In this document: positions 39,984 to 49,659 of the stretch, piece after piece
Layout of the letters: each line of letters opens with the position of its first letter
Numbering within the stretch: position 1 is the stretch's first letter
Assembly: GCA_023259015.1 (NCBI GenBank)
Contig: JAHFRC010000002.1
Coordinates: 2,856-66,855 of the forward strand
Direction of reading: 5' to 3'
Source: Nitrosomonadales bacterium
GTDB taxonomy: Bacteria; Pseudomonadota; Gammaproteobacteria; Burkholderiales; Gallionellaceae
DNA: 64,000 bases
Translations under genes and position numbers: made by a program
Notes under the pieces: model-generated
The model's input: only the letters and a program-made list of their open reading frames with translations
What the model was told of the DNA's origin: nothing
Database searches by the model: none

Positions 39984-40716
39984 GCTTGTAGTGGCTGCTT
40001 TGCTGCTCGGCTTGGTTCCGGCGGCATTCGCGGCAGATGCCGGGTTGCTTGCCGTTACCAGCACTGCCGCAAAGGGTGGAGGACAAACTTATTCGCTCAG
40101 CCTGCAAACCCTGCTGCTGCTTACCTCGTTAAGTTTTTTGCCAGCCGTATTGTTGCTGATGACCGGCTTTACCCGCATCATCATCGTGCTGTCGCTTCTG
40201 CGCTCCGCCCTTGGTACACCCTCTGCCCCCCCCAATCAGGTCTTGATCGGGCTGGCACTGTTCCTGACCTTCTTCGTGATGTCGCCGGTACTCGATAAAA
40301 TCTACAACGATGCCTATCTGCCTTTCAGCGAGAACAAACTCACACTGGAACAGGCAATCGACAAAGGAAGCGCGCCGCTCAAAACATTCATGCTGCGGCA
40401 AACTCGCGAATCCGACCTTGCCCTGTTTGTGAAAATTGCCAACAGCGAGCCGCTGCAAAGCGCGGACCAGGTGCCGCTGAAAATCCTGGTGCCGTCCTAT
40501 GTCACCAGCGAATTGAAAACCGCATTCCAGATCGGGTTTGTGGTATTCATCCCTTTCCTCATCATAGACATGGTGGTGGCCAGCGTACTGATGTCCATGG
40601 GTATGATGATGGTGTCTCCCTCGGTGATTTCGCTGCCATTCAAGGTCATGCTATTCGTGCTGGCCGATGGCTGGAACCTGCTTATCGGCTCTTTGGTGCA
40701 AAGCTTTTATACTTAA
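39970..40716 (+). CDS. fliP: Flagellar export gate protein FliP
   Basis: 248 aa with a signal-like N-terminus, [16 protein letters not shown] and [26 protein letters not shown]. Confidence 0.95.
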   Translation: MRTSRLVVAALLLGLVPAAFAADAGLLAVTSTAAKGGGQTYSLSLQTLLLLTSLSFLPAVLLLMTGFTRIIIVLSLLRSALGTPSAPPNQVLIGLALFLTFFVMSPVLDKIYNDAYLPFSENKLTLEQAIDKGSAPLKTFMLRQTRESDLALFVKIANSEPLQSADQVPLKILVPSYVTSELKTAFQIGFVVFIPFLIIDMVVASVLMSMGMMMVSPSVISLPFKVMLFVLADGWNLLIGSLVQSFYT

Positions 40717-40720
40717 GGGC

Positions 40721-40784
40721 AGTCGTTAGTTTGCAGTTAAAAACCGCGCAGCGACAACCCTAACTAACGACTAATGACTAACGA
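40721..40784. repeat. Inverted/direct repeats of ACTAACGA in the fliP-fliQ spacer
   Basis: AGTCGTTAGTT (40721-40731) is the reverse complement of AACTAACGACT (40762-40772), giving an 11-bp stem with a 30-nt loop. A further ACTAACGA copy lies at 40777-40784. Confidence 0.7.
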
Positions 40785-40803
40785 TTAAAGACTGTACTTA
40801 AAC

Positions 40804-41073
40804 ATGACCCCAGAAAGCGTGATGACACTTGGCCGCCAGGCACTGGAGCTGACCATTATGGTATCGGCCCCACCCCTGCTGGCGGCGCTGATCATCGGGC
40901 TGATTGTCAGCATTTTCCAGGCCGCCACGCAGATCAACGAAATGACCCTGTCATTCATCCCCAAACTGGTAGGCCTGTTCGGTGTGCTAATAATTGGCGG
41001 GCCTTGGATGGTCGGGCTGATGGTAGATTATATCCAGCGCCTATTTGGTAGCATCCCCTGGCTAGTCGGTTAA
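40804..41073 (+). CDS. fliQ: Flagellar export gate protein FliQ
   Basis: 89 aa with two TM segments and IVSIFQAATQINEMTLSFIPKL. Confidence 0.95.
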   Translation: MTPESVMTLGRQALELTIMVSAPPLLAALIIGLIVSIFQAATQINEMTLSFIPKLVGLFGVLIIGGPWMVGLMVDYIQRLFGSIPWLVG

Positions 41074-41077
41074 CGCC

Positions 41078-41872
41078 ATGATCAGCGTAACCAGCGCCCA
41101 GTTATCCGCTTGGCTTGCCCTGTTCATATTTCCGTTTGTACGCATCTTGGCCTTGGTCGCCAGCGCGCCGATTCTCGGCAATAGACAGGTGCTGGTACGC
41201 GTAAAAATAGGCTTGGCGCTGCTGCTGACCCTGGTCATTGCACCAACCCTGTCTCCGCAACCTGGTGTAGAACCGGCCTCTGCACTTGGGCTATTCATAT
41301 TACTGCAACAACTGCTGGCCGGCCTTGCGATGGGCTTTACCATGCGCCTTATTTTTACCGCCGTGGAAATGAGCGGTGATCTTGCAGGCATGCAAATGGG
41401 ATTGGGTTTCGCCAGCTTCTTCGACCCGATGAACGCTTCCTTCACACCGGTCGTCGCACAATTCCTTGGCATCATTGCTGCACTTGCCTTCCTCGGCATG
41501 GACGGGCACCTGTATATGCTGGCTGCACTGGCGGACAGTTTCAAAACCTTTCCGATCAGTTCCGCAGTTCCTTCGGCAATAGCATTGCATACCCTGGCTG
41601 CGTGGGGCGGCGGCATTTTCACATACGCTTTGCAACTTTCCATGCCGATAATCGGTGCGTTGCTAATCACTAACCTGGCGCTGGGCATACTGACACGCAG
41701 CGCCCCGCAACTCAACATTTTTGCTATCGGCTTTCCGATCACGCTGTCTGTCGGTTTCGCCGTGCTGATGCTGTCGCTGTCCTATTTGGGGCCGTTACTG
41801 GAACACATTACTAATGCCGGATTGGATACCATGCTTCGCGCCATGCAGCAACTCGGCAAAGCATCACCCTAG
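41078..41872 (+). CDS. fliR: Flagellar export gate protein FliR
   Basis: 264 aa, polytopic, with FPFVRILALVASAPILG. It is the last gene of the fliF-R run. Confidence 0.9.
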   Translation: MISVTSAQLSAWLALFIFPFVRILALVASAPILGNRQVLVRVKIGLALLLTLVIAPTLSPQPGVEPASALGLFILLQQLLAGLAMGFTMRLIFTAVEMSGDLAGMQMGLGFASFFDPMNASFTPVVAQFLGIIAALAFLGMDGHLYMLAALADSFKTFPISSAVPSAIALHTLAAWGGGIFTYALQLSMPIIGALLITNLALGILTRSAPQLNIFAIGFPITLSVGFAVLMLSLSYLGPLLEHITNAGLDTMLRAMQQLGKASP

Positions 41873-41964
41873 CAACATGCATGACTTTCTCTATTAAAAA
41901 TCGAACAATGCTAAAAGGCGTTATTGCTTCTACAGTTTCTTGGTAGTATTGAATTCAGCCTGGG

Positions 41965-42846
41965 TTAATCAAGCGTTTTATTGAGGAATTTCCGCAGTGA
42001 TGCCTCCCAGCCTGGTAATTGAACGCTAAACTGTTTAAGCAGTTTGGCATTGGATAAAACCGAATTCATTGGCCGTTTTGCCGATGCAGGGAATTCCGCA
42101 CTGCTGATGGCGCGCAATGCGGGCGGACGTTCAAGGCTGGCAAACAGGCCGTATTTTACTGCTGTTTGCGCAAAGCCGAACCATGAAGTCTGACCTTGTG
42201 CGGTCATGTGATAAATCCCGTTTAACTGCTCCGGATAGGGGCGGCGCAAATATGAGGCTATTACTTGTGCCGTAGCATGTGCAACTTCACGGCTCCACGT
42301 AGGTGCACCGATCTGATCATCCACGATGGCCAATTCGGGGCGTTGTGCGCCCAGGCGTTTTATCGTATTCAGGAAATTTTTTCCCTGTTCGTCATACACC
42401 CATGTGGAACGGAATATCAAAAAGCGCGAAGCCTGCGCACAAACCATTTTCTCACCCATCAGTTTGCTGACTCCATATACATTCAATGGATTCGGTGTGT
42501 CATGTTCAGTATAGGGTAAAGGTTTTGTTCCATCAAACACATAATCGGTGGAATAATGGACAAGCAAGGCATTCAGCCGGGCCGTCTCTTCCGCCATAAT
42601 GGATGGGGCCGTGCCATTAACCGCCATGGCAAGATCAGGCTCGGATTCCGCCCTGTCCACGGCAGTATAAGCAGCAGCATTGACAATGATATCCGGGTGC
42701 AGGCGGCGAATTTGCTTGCGTATGGAGTCAGGATTGGTCAAGTCCATGCCTTGCCTGTCCAAAGCGGTTAAATCTCCCAATGGTATGAGCGACTTTTCCA
42801 GTTCCCTCCCAATTTGCCCGTTCTTACCGAGCAACAGAATTTTCAT
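41965..42846 (-). CDS. rfbD: dTDP-4-dehydrorhamnose reductase
   Basis: Starts MKILLLGKNGQIGREL and contains NAAAYTAVD and STDYVFDG. The ORF extension to 43035 overlaps rfbC and was rejected. Confidence 0.9.
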   Translation of the reverse strand: MKILLLGKNGQIGRELEKSLIPLGDLTALDRQGMDLTNPDSIRKQIRRLHPDIIVNAAAYTAVDRAESEPDLAMAVNGTAPSIMAEETARLNALLVHYSTDYVFDGTKPLPYTEHDTPNPLNVYGVSKLMGEKMVCAQASRFLIFRSTWVYDEQGKNFLNTIKRLGAQRPELAIVDDQIGAPTWSREVAHATAQVIASYLRRPYPEQLNGIYHMTAQGQTSWFGFAQTAVKYGLFASLERPPALRAISSAEFPASAKRPMNSVLSNAKLLKQFSVQLPGWEASLRKFLNKTLD

Positions 42847-42856
42847 GGCAGGATTT

Positions 42857-43405
42857 TCAGGGAAAAATTTCTGCCTGGGATAAAGGCACCCCCTCCCGAT
42901 CCTTCTTGGACAAGGTCGGAGTGACTCCTTCCAATGGCCAATCAATAGCCAGATCCGGATCGTTCCAAAGGAGGGAGCGCTCATATTCAGGCGCCCAGTA
43001 ATCTGTCGTCTTGTAGAGAAACTCCGCATACTCACTAAGCACGATGAAACCGTGTGCGAACCCTTTAGGCACCCATAACATTCGTTTGTTTTCGGAGGAA
43101 AGCATGGTGCCTACCCATTTCCCAAATGTGGGCGATGACCTGCGGATATCCACTGCAACATCGAATACCTCCCCGGTTAACACGTGAACCAGTTTGCCCT
43201 GAGGTTGCTTTATCTGGTAATGCAGCCCGCGCAAAACATTCCGTGCGGAACGTGATTCGTTGTCCTGCACAAAATGATCCTTGATACCGGTCAATTGTTC
43301 AAAATCCCGCTGGTTAAATATCTCAAAGAAAAATCCACGTTCATCCCCAAACACCTTGTGTTCAAGAATCAACAAATCCGGGATAGAAGTTTGAACAACT
43401 TGCAT
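42857..43405 (-). CDS. rfbC: dTDP-4-dehydrorhamnose 3,5-epimerase
   Basis: 182 aa with FGDERGFFFE, LRGLHYQ and VPKGFAHGF. Confidence 0.95.
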   Translation of the reverse strand: MQVVQTSIPDLLILEHKVFGDERGFFFEIFNQRDFEQLTGIKDHFVQDNESRSARNVLRGLHYQIKQPQGKLVHVLTGEVFDVAVDIRRSSPTFGKWVGTMLSSENKRMLWVPKGFAHGFIVLSEYAEFLYKTTDYWAPEYERSLLWNDPDLAIDWPLEGVTPTLSKKDREGVPLSQAEIFP

Positions 43406-44281
43406 TTATCCAATCCTTTCATTCAGGATGCCAAGCAAGTATTGACCATAACTATTTTTTGCCAGCGGGGCAGCCAATTTCTCGATTTGCTCCGCAGTAA
43501 TGTAGCGCCTGCGATAGGCAATTTCTTCCGGGCATGCAACCTTCAGCCCCTGGCGTTTTTCCAGGGTTTGAATGAACATGGAGGCTTCCAGCAATGATTC
43601 GTGCGTGCCGGTATCCAGCCATGCAAACCCCCGGCGCATGACTTGGACATCCAGCATATTCATTTCCAGATAACGCTGGTTGACGGTAGTAATTTCAAGC
43701 TCCCCCCGTGCAGAGGGTTTGATGGACTTGGCGATGTCAACCACTTGGTTGTCATAGAAGTAAAGCCCGGTCACCGCAAAATTGGATTTTGGCTGCACGG
43801 GTTTTTCTTCAAGGCTGATGGCGTGTCCTTGTGCATCAAATTCGACCACCCCATAGCGTTCCGGATCATGCACACGGTAGGCAAACACCGTCCCTCCGTT
43901 GGGTTTGCCGGCAGCAGCGTAGAGCAAATGCTCAAACCCGTGGCCGTAAAAGATGTTGTCCCCCAACACCATCGAGCAGCGGTCATTCCCGATAAATGAT
44001 TCGCCGATGATGAATGCCTGCGCAAGCCCGTCTGGCGAAGGCTGCACGGCATAGGAAAAATTCACGCCCCACTGCGAACCATCCCCCAGCAGCCTCTCGA
44101 AATGTGGAATATCCAGCGGGGTGGAAATTATGAGGATATCGCGTATCCCGGCCAGCATCAGCGTGGACAGCGGATAGTAAATCATCGGCTTGTCATAAAT
44201 CGGGAGCAGTTGCTTGGAAATGGTTTGGGTAACCGGGTAAAGCCTTGTGCCGGAGCCGCCTGCAAGTATGATGCCTTTCAT
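43406..44281 (-). CDS. rfbA: Glucose-1-phosphate thymidylyltransferase
   Basis: 291 aa starting [37 protein letters not shown], with [12 protein letters not shown]. Confidence 0.95.
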   Translation of the reverse strand: MKGIILAGGSGTRLYPVTQTISKQLLPIYDKPMIYYPLSTLMLAGIRDILIISTPLDIPHFERLLGDGSQWGVNFSYAVQPSPDGLAQAFIIGESFIGNDRCSMVLGDNIFYGHGFEHLLYAAAGKPNGGTVFAYRVHDPERYGVVEFDAQGHAISLEEKPVQPKSNFAVTGLYFYDNQVVDIAKSIKPSARGELEITTVNQRYLEMNMLDVQVMRRGFAWLDTGTHESLLEASMFIQTLEKRQGLKVACPEEIAYRRRYITAEQIEKLAAPLAKNSYGQYLLGILNERIG

Positions 44282-45345
44282 GATGTTTTCCTGTCGCCAT
44301 AGTTTTGCTGAATCCAGCTCTGGTATTCGCCGCTTATCACGGCTTCAGTCCAGGCTGTGTTTGCCAGATACCACGCCACGGTTTTGCGCAGCCCGGTTTC
44401 AAAAGTTTCCATCGGTTTCCAGCCCAACTCGTCCGCGATCTTTGAGGCGTCAATGGCATAGCGGCGGTCATGACCCGGCCTGTCCTGCACATAGGTAATA
44501 AGCGAAGCGTATGGCGCGACCTGCGGGCGAAGTTCATCGAGGATGGCGCAAATTGCGTGAACGACTTCGAGATTGGTCTTCTCATTCCAGCCGCCGATGT
44601 TGTATGTCTCCCCCACGCGGCCGCGTTCCAACACCAGGCGCAACGCGCGCGCATGGTCATCCACATACAGCCAGTCGCGGATATTGTCGCCTTTGCCATA
44701 AATGGGCAACGGTTTGCCGTTGCATGCATTCAGGATGATCAGCGGGATCAGCTTTTCTGGAAAGTGGTAAGGGCCGTAATTGTTGGAGCAGTTGGTGGCA
44801 ACGGTGGGCAGACCGTATGTGTGATGCCAAGCGCGCACCAGGTGATCGGAAGAAGCCTTGCTGGCCGAATAAGGCGAGTTCGGCTGGTAGGCGGTGTCTT
44901 CGGTGAAAAATCCGGCCTCCCCCAAACTGCCATACACTTCATCGGTGGAAATATGGTGGAAACGGAAGGCGCCTTTTCGCTGCGCAGGCAGTTTGCTCCA
45001 GTATTCCCGTGCGGCTTCCAGCAGTGTATAAGTGCCGATAATATTGGTTTCGATGAACGCTGCCGGGCCGCTGATGGAGCGGTCTACATGTGACTCTGCA
45101 GCCAAGTGCATAACCGCATCCGGCTGGTGTTCGCGGAACAGGCGCGCGATTTCTACGGCATCGCAAATATCTGTATGCTCGAAGCGGTAGCGAGGATTAT
45201 CCGCAACGGAAATCAGGGATTGCAGGTTGCCTGCATAAGTCAGTTTGTCGACGTTGATGACCTCAGCATTGGTTTCCGCGATCAACTGGCGAATGACTGC
45301 GGAGCCGATAAATCCGGCGCCGCCGGTAATAAGAATTTTATCCAT
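44278..45345 (-). CDS. rfbB: dTDP-glucose 4,6-dehydratase
   Basis: Starts [15 protein letters not shown] and contains [11 protein letters not shown] and [15 protein letters not shown]. The ORF extension to 45408 was rejected. Confidence 0.95.
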   Translation of the reverse strand: MDKILITGGAGFIGSAVIRQLIAETNAEVINVDKLTYAGNLQSLISVADNPRYRFEHTDICDAVEIARLFREHQPDAVMHLAAESHVDRSISGPAAFIETNIIGTYTLLEAAREYWSKLPAQRKGAFRFHHISTDEVYGSLGEAGFFTEDTAYQPNSPYSASKASSDHLVRAWHHTYGLPTVATNCSNNYGPYHFPEKLIPLIILNACNGKPLPIYGKGDNIRDWLYVDDHARALRLVLERGRVGETYNIGGWNEKTNLEVVHAICAILDELRPQVAPYASLITYVQDRPGHDRRYAIDASKIADELGWKPMETFETGLRKTVAWYLANTAWTEAVISGEYQSWIQQNYGDRKTS

Positions 45346-45419
45346 GATTGGGAGCAATGATTTTTCGTGCCAAATAAGCTCGTGTGATTTTACTGGAAAT
45401 GGCGGCAACAGGTTGTGGT

Positions 45420-46688
45420 CTATTTAGTCATGCAACGGTTGATGTGAGCCAGCGCCTGTTCTGTTGCACCACGATGCTCGCTAACGAAACGCAATCCGGC
45501 ATCGCCCATTTTTTTTATTTCAACCGGGTTGGAAAACAGGTTTTGCAGGCTATGGGCAAGACCGATGATGGTCTCCACCCGCACAGCCGCTCCGCCGTCA
45601 ACTGCAAGTTGGCTGGCCTGCGCAAAATTGTAGGTATGCGGGCCGATGAGTACGGGTCTGCCAGCGGCGCAGGCTTCAATGAGGTTTTGCCCGCCGAACG
45701 GCAGCAGGCTGCCGCCGATGAAAGCGATGTCGCACGCCGTATAATAAGCAAACATTTCACCCATGCTGTCGCCCAGCACCACTTGGATTTCTGTGGCAAC
45801 CGCGTGGCCTTCACTTCGGCGCTGGAAGCGGGTGCCGCGCTGCGTGAGCAAGACTGCCACTTCGTCGAAACGCTGCGGGTGACGCGGCACGATAACAGTG
45901 AGCAATTGCGGAATATCAATTTTCCTGAGTGCGTCGAGTATTAATGCTTCTTCCCCTGTCCTGGTACTGGCCGCGAGAAATACTTTCCTGTCTTCGCCGA
46001 ATTGAGCGCGAAGTTTCCTGCCCAACTCCAGCATGGTTGATGGCGGCTCGATGTCGAATTTCAGGTTGCCCATGACAAATACATTGCCTGCGCCCAATGC
46101 TGTCAGGCGCGCGGCATCGTTTCCGCTCTGTGCTGCGATATAACTCAATTCACGCAAGCCAGATTTTGCCAGCCTGGGATATCGCGCATAGCGTGTAGCG
46201 GACTTCTCGGATAAGCGTGCGTTGAGCAACAGCAGCGGAATTTTTTCCGCATGGCAGGCATGGATCAGGTTGAACCATATCTCGGTTTCCAGCAGGATGC
46301 CGATGCGGGGATGAAAATGGTTCAGGAAACGCCTGACCGCAAAGGGGTAATCATAAGGCAGGTAAACTTGCTGCACATCGTCGCCATAAAGCTGTTTGCC
46401 GGCAGCACGCCCGGTGGGAGTGGTGTGAGTGAGCAGCAGTTGATGGTCCGGATATTTTTCCTGCAAACACCGCACCAGGCCGGCTGCCGCACGTGTTTCG
46501 CCGACCGATACGGTATGCAGCCAGATTATCGGCTTATTGCAGTGTGTGGAGTAAAAACCAAAACGTTCGGGTATGTGCCTGAGATATTCGGGCTGCTTGC
46601 GCGCGCGCCACAACAGGTGAAAAAAAACATAGGGCAGCAGCAACCAAAGCAGTAAAGTGTAAGCCCGGCGCGGGTTGTGGTTGCACAT
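45420..46688 (-). CDS. waaA: 3-deoxy-D-manno-octulosonic acid (Kdo) transferase
   Basis: 422 aa. It has an N-terminal membrane anchor, [14 protein letters not shown], and a GT30-type C-terminal half (GGSL.P.GGQN.IE). Confidence 0.85.
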   Translation of the reverse strand: MCNHNPRRAYTLLLWLLLPYVFFHLLWRARKQPEYLRHIPERFGFYSTHCNKPIIWLHTVSVGETRAAAGLVRCLQEKYPDHQLLLTHTTPTGRAAGKQLYGDDVQQVYLPYDYPFAVRRFLNHFHPRIGILLETEIWFNLIHACHAEKIPLLLLNARLSEKSATRYARYPRLAKSGLRELSYIAAQSGNDAARLTALGAGNVFVMGNLKFDIEPPSTMLELGRKLRAQFGEDRKVFLAASTRTGEEALILDALRKIDIPQLLTVIVPRHPQRFDEVAVLLTQRGTRFQRRSEGHAVATEIQVVLGDSMGEMFAYYTACDIAFIGGSLLPFGGQNLIEACAAGRPVLIGPHTYNFAQASQLAVDGGAAVRVETIIGLAHSLQNLFSNPVEIKKMGDAGLRFVSEHRGATEQALAHINRCMTK

Positions 46689-46691
46689 GGC

Positions 46692-47750
46692 TCAGGCCGC
46701 ACCCAGGACATGCGCCAGCTGGCGCAATACATCGTCGACCTGAATTAGCGCCATAGCTTCGGGGTGATGTACGCGTGTGTTCCAAGTCACATGCGATGGG
46801 TCTTTATGCAAGAATTTCCGCACTGCTTCTGGATAACGATTCACGATAAACTCTTGTCGTGCATAAGGGCCAGTTAAGCCCGGCGGCGCAACCGCATACA
46901 AACCTACCACCGGGGTGTGCATGGCTGTGGCGAGGTGAACTGCACCCGTATCGGGTGCCACCAGAACATCAACCTGACCCAATAATGCGGCCAGTTGTTT
47001 GGGAGTGGTCTGTCCGCATAGGTTCAGGGTGTTGTGCGGCGCGCAGTTGCCCAAACGTGCGCAATAATCCTGTTCTGCTGCCGCCTTACCACCCGTCAAT
47101 AGCAACCCGGCGCCCCACCTTTGCGCAGCGGTCTGCATGACTGACGCATAACGTTCAAATAACCAGGTGCGTTCCGGCTTGCTGGCACAGGGATGAATGG
47201 CGATCAACGGGCGCGGCAGATGCCCAAGCTGTTCGCGCGCCCATGTCAGTTCTGTTTCGCCTATCGGTAAATCCCATATCACGGGTTGTGTCGCCGCACC
47301 TAATTCCGTGGCAAATGACATAAAGCTATCCAGTAAATGTGTGTTGGCAAACGGAATGGATCGGTTGCAAAACAGCCACTGCCCTTCGCGCGCGCGGGTG
47401 CGATCGAAGCCTATTTTGACTGGCGCGCGCAATGCGGGATACAACAGGTTAATGCGCAAATTTGCCTGCATCGCCAATATTACATCGAAAGAATGCTGGC
47501 TGAAGGCGCGATAAAAAGATCGGTAATCCGCTGGAGTCCTGGGCTTTTCAAATACCTCGAAATGCACCCCCTGCAAACCTTGCAACAAAGAGTATGACAA
47601 CGGGCTGGTAATCCAGGTGATGGTGGCGCCGGGCAGGCTGCGTTGCAAATTGCGCACAACCGGAACAATCAGGGCCACATCGCCCAGCGCGGAGAAGCGC
47701 ACCAGTGCAATGTTCAAATTTGGACGAGATAATGGAAATGTGTTCGCCAT
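46692..47750 (-). CDS. Glycosyltransferase family 9 (LPS heptosyltransferase-like)
   Basis: Contains IALVRFSALGDV and the C-terminal VAPDTGAVHLATAMHTPVVGLY motif typical of ADP-heptose:LPS heptosyltransferases. Which heptosyltransferase it is cannot be told from the sequence alone. Confidence 0.8.
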   Translation of the reverse strand: MANTFPLSRPNLNIALVRFSALGDVALIVPVVRNLQRSLPGATITWITSPLSYSLLQGLQGVHFEVFEKPRTPADYRSFYRAFSQHSFDVILAMQANLRINLLYPALRAPVKIGFDRTRAREGQWLFCNRSIPFANTHLLDSFMSFATELGAATQPVIWDLPIGETELTWAREQLGHLPRPLIAIHPCASKPERTWLFERYASVMQTAAQRWGAGLLLTGGKAAAEQDYCARLGNCAPHNTLNLCGQTTPKQLAALLGQVDVLVAPDTGAVHLATAMHTPVVGLYAVAPPGLTGPYARQEFIVNRYPEAVRKFLHKDPSHVTWNTRVHHPEAMALIQVDDVLRQLAHVLGAA

Positions 47751-47761
47751 ATTCGCCACTG

Positions 47762-48199
47762 TCAGTTGTGCTTGTAATTGCCTTTGAAGCGCACGATATC
47801 GCCCTTGTCCAGACACAAAGCCGGGCTGCCTTTAAGCATGCACAGCGACGCGTGCATGCTATCCCAAGCAAAATTGCAACGCATGACGGACGCATATGCG
47901 GTAATTAGCGCGCTCTTCAGCAGGCCAAGGCAGGCCGCTTGCATCTCGTTGCGCGATTGCACCCATGATTTGCGCCGCCGGCGCATTGCCATGTGAATGG
48001 CTCGGCTGATTCCCGGAGGCAGCTGCGGCATTGCCACAAAACTTTTTTCCGCTGCCCAGCTAATGAAGACACTCGGAACGTGCAGGCTAATACCCGCCGC
48101 AAGCAAAAAATTGCGGCACACATCGTCCATAAAAGATGTCTTGATTAAAATGATATCTGGTGAATTTTTCACTGGTGAATTTTTCATTTGTTGCGACAT
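47762..48199 (-). CDS. Hypothetical protein (about 145 aa)
   Basis: The ORF has genome-typical G/C-rich third codon positions, but I recognise no motif. The start is ambiguous (TTG 48223, ATG 48199 or ATG 48187). It lies directly upstream of the GT9 gene on the same strand. Confidence 0.4.
   Translation of the reverse strand: MSQQMKNSPVKNSPDIILIKTSFMDDVCRNFLLAAGISLHVPSVFISWAAEKSFVAMPQLPPGISRAIHMAMRRRRKSWVQSRNEMQAACLGLLKSALITAYASVMRCNFAWDSMHASLCMLKGSPALCLDKGDIVRFKGNYKHN
48157..48186. repeat. Perfect 15-bp tandem duplication CTGGTGAATTTTTCA x2 at the 5' end of the hypothetical ORF
   Basis: Seen directly in the sequence. On the coding strand it reads (A/G)TGAAAAATTCACCA twice, giving MKNSP-VKNSP. 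Confidence 0.9.
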
Positions 48200-48359
48200 T
48201 GTATCCAAAAGGACTGTGCACAACGTAGTGAGTGCAAGCCTAATGCAGTTAAGCCAATAGTCGGCGCTACAAATTTGTGGCAGGGCAACGCATTGCGTAT
48301 CCGGCGAAATAACAGTTGCGGCTTGCTAAACATAACGACATGAACCTACTGCGTAAACC

Positions 48360-48558
48360 GGCATCGGGGTCGCGCGATGCCCGACACTCTCATGTACTGT
48401 CAGCCCGCTCGCTACAATTCCTGTCGCTATATATAGATTCCCCCGGCTGAAGCCGGGGTTCTTACTGTTACGGCCTTTGGCCGACCCGATGCTGCCACGT
48501 CACTCGTTGGCTCGCGCCAGCATCGGGAATGCTCATTCATCCACGGCTAAAGCCGTGG
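48360..48558. other. Cluster of five GC-rich stem-loops in ORF-free DNA (candidate structured RNA or REP/MITE-like element)
   Basis: The five are GGCATCG/CGATGCC (48360-48381), CCCCGGC-TGAA-GCCGGGG (48441-48458), CGGCC-TTT-GGCCG (48471-48483), CCCGATGCTG/CAGCATCGGG (48485-48527) and CCACGGC-TAAA-GCCGTGG (48541-48558). The second and fifth hairpins share a design and lie exactly 100 bp apart. Confidence 0.5.
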
Positions 48559-48736
48559 TATTCTGTCTTCGACCGCATAAAAATACCGGAAAACAACTCC
48601 AGTTTTTCCCAAAGAGATCAAGGTGGCGAGGTTACACATTGAAATAGAAGAGGTAAAGCAAGGGGCACAACAAAAAGGCTTGCCGGAGAGCAAACATGGG
48701 TGTATTTGGGGTGCAACAGATTAGAAGCTGGACTTA

Positions 48737-49216
48737 CTAGACGCTGCCCAGTGTGCGCCCTGAGGCGGACATGCTTGGCTGCCCATCCGGGCCGTATAAA
48801 CCATTGGTGCTGTCTGTGGCATTTTGCAATACCATCAGTGCCTGCTGGTTTTGCCGCAGCCTGGTCTGGATAAGTATCCCGTTGGTGCGATTCAATTGCT
48901 GTGCCTGTTCGGATAGTTGCAGGATGCCGTTCCAAACCGGCAGGCTATTTGCTGCATTAGTCTGAAGCCAGGATGTCAAACCATCGGTTTCAACCTTTCC
49001 TCCACATGCAAGCAAGCTCTCCCTGCGCTCGTTTGCCAGCTTGCCCAAGCTTTGCGCTGCCAGAACCTTGCTGTCAACAAGCGCCAACAATTGCTCAGTA
49101 TTACCGCTGACCAAGGCCTGTTGCTCCGTTTCCAGCAGCGTGACAAATCCCTTCCATGCATCATGCTCAGCTTGCAGGCAGGCGATAAGATCTGCTGCTG
49201 GATTGTTCTTGCCCAT
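48737..49216 (-). CDS. flgN: Flagellar chaperone FlgN
   Basis: 159 aa. The helical N-terminus LIACLQAEHDAWKGFVTLLETEQQALVSGNTEQLLALVDSK is typical of FlgN. It lies immediately downstream of flgM. Confidence 0.8.
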   Translation of the reverse strand: MGKNNPAADLIACLQAEHDAWKGFVTLLETEQQALVSGNTEQLLALVDSKVLAAQSLGKLANERRESLLACGGKVETDGLTSWLQTNAANSLPVWNGILQLSEQAQQLNRTNGILIQTRLRQNQQALMVLQNATDSTNGLYGPDGQPSMSASGRTLGSV

Positions 49217-49223
49217 CAGGGAT

Positions 49224-49532
49224 TCAGGTTTTGTGTGAATTGATTAAATCAGTTACCGTTTTGATTAGGCTATCTGCCACCACGGCAGAATTAACCTGAA
49301 AGCGCCCTTCACTGATAGCTTGCTTGATTTCCGCAACTTTTGCCTTATTCACAAGCGGAGTGTTCGCCATGCCGCTTTTCATGCCGCGCAGTTGCTCTGC
49401 AGTTGCTCCCAGATGCACGCTGGTGGTAGCCGCAGATTGCGCATCGCCCGCCGGTTTCGTAACGGAGGCGCGTGTACGCGCCTCCCCACCTGTGGCGGCT
49501 GGCAACGGTTTATTGGATTTTTCTACTTTCAC
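49224..49532 (-). CDS. flgM: Anti-sigma-28 factor FlgM
   Basis: 102 aa from GTG 49532, which is preceded by GGTGA. The protein starts VKVEKSNKPL and has the C-terminal sigma-28-binding region NKAKVAEIKQAISEGRFQVNSAVVADSLI. The longer ORF to 49637 would cover its own promoter. Confidence 0.8.
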   Translation of the reverse strand: MKVEKSNKPLPAATGGEARTRASVTKPAGDAQSAATTSVHLGATAEQLRGMKSGMANTPLVNKAKVAEIKQAISEGRFQVNSAVVADSLIKTVTDLINSHKT

Positions 49533-49566
49533 GGATATCACCTTTTCACTGTATTCGGTTAACTTT

Positions 49567-49593
49567 ACATCGGCAGCCAAAAACAAAACTTTA
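49567..49593 (-). promoter_or_regulatory. Sigma-28-type promoter: TAAAGTTT-N11-GCCGATGT upstream of flgM
   Basis: The minus-strand reading of 49593-49567 has a perfect -35 half, exact 11-nt spacing and a -10 half matching 6/8. It ends 35 nt before the proposed GTG start of flgM. Confidence 0.7.
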
Positions 49594-49659
49594 GGATGGC
49601 ACCCGGCTTTTATACACCAGCGCGTCTCCCCGCACAATACGGTGCGCGGTAAATCGGGA

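Noticed and set aside
41965-47750. The rfbBACD-waaA-GT9 block wedged between flagellar operons, considered as a possible flagellin glycosylation island.
   Set aside because: All members are standard dTDP-rhamnose and LPS-core (Kdo transferase, heptosyltransferase) genes. No flagellin, pseudaminic/legionaminic acid or Maf-type genes are present, so LPS biosynthesis is the simpler reading.
48360-48558. Attempted assignment of the hairpin cluster to tRNA, tmRNA, RNase P, 6S, SRP RNA, a hammerhead ribozyme, a retron msr/msd or a type III toxin-antitoxin repeat.
   Set aside because: None of the diagnostic motifs is present. There is no GGTTCGAATCC T-loop, CUGANGA/GAAA core or RNase P GGAAAGTCCGG. 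No reverse transcriptase gene or tandem 36-nt repeats lie nearby. The region is left unassigned rather than named.
48618-48935. A 105-aa minus-strand ORF bridging the flgN 3' end and the hairpin region.
   Set aside because: It overlaps flgN out of frame for most of its length and gives an Arg/Pro/His-rich product. It has no RBS and is probably a chance ORF.
49597-49612. TGGCAC-CCGGC-TTTTA near flgM/flgA, considered as a sigma-54 promoter.
   Set aside because: The -12 position reads TTTT instead of TTGC, so there is no GC dinucleotide. The element also points (plus strand) into the 3' end of the minus-strand flgA, with no gene to drive.
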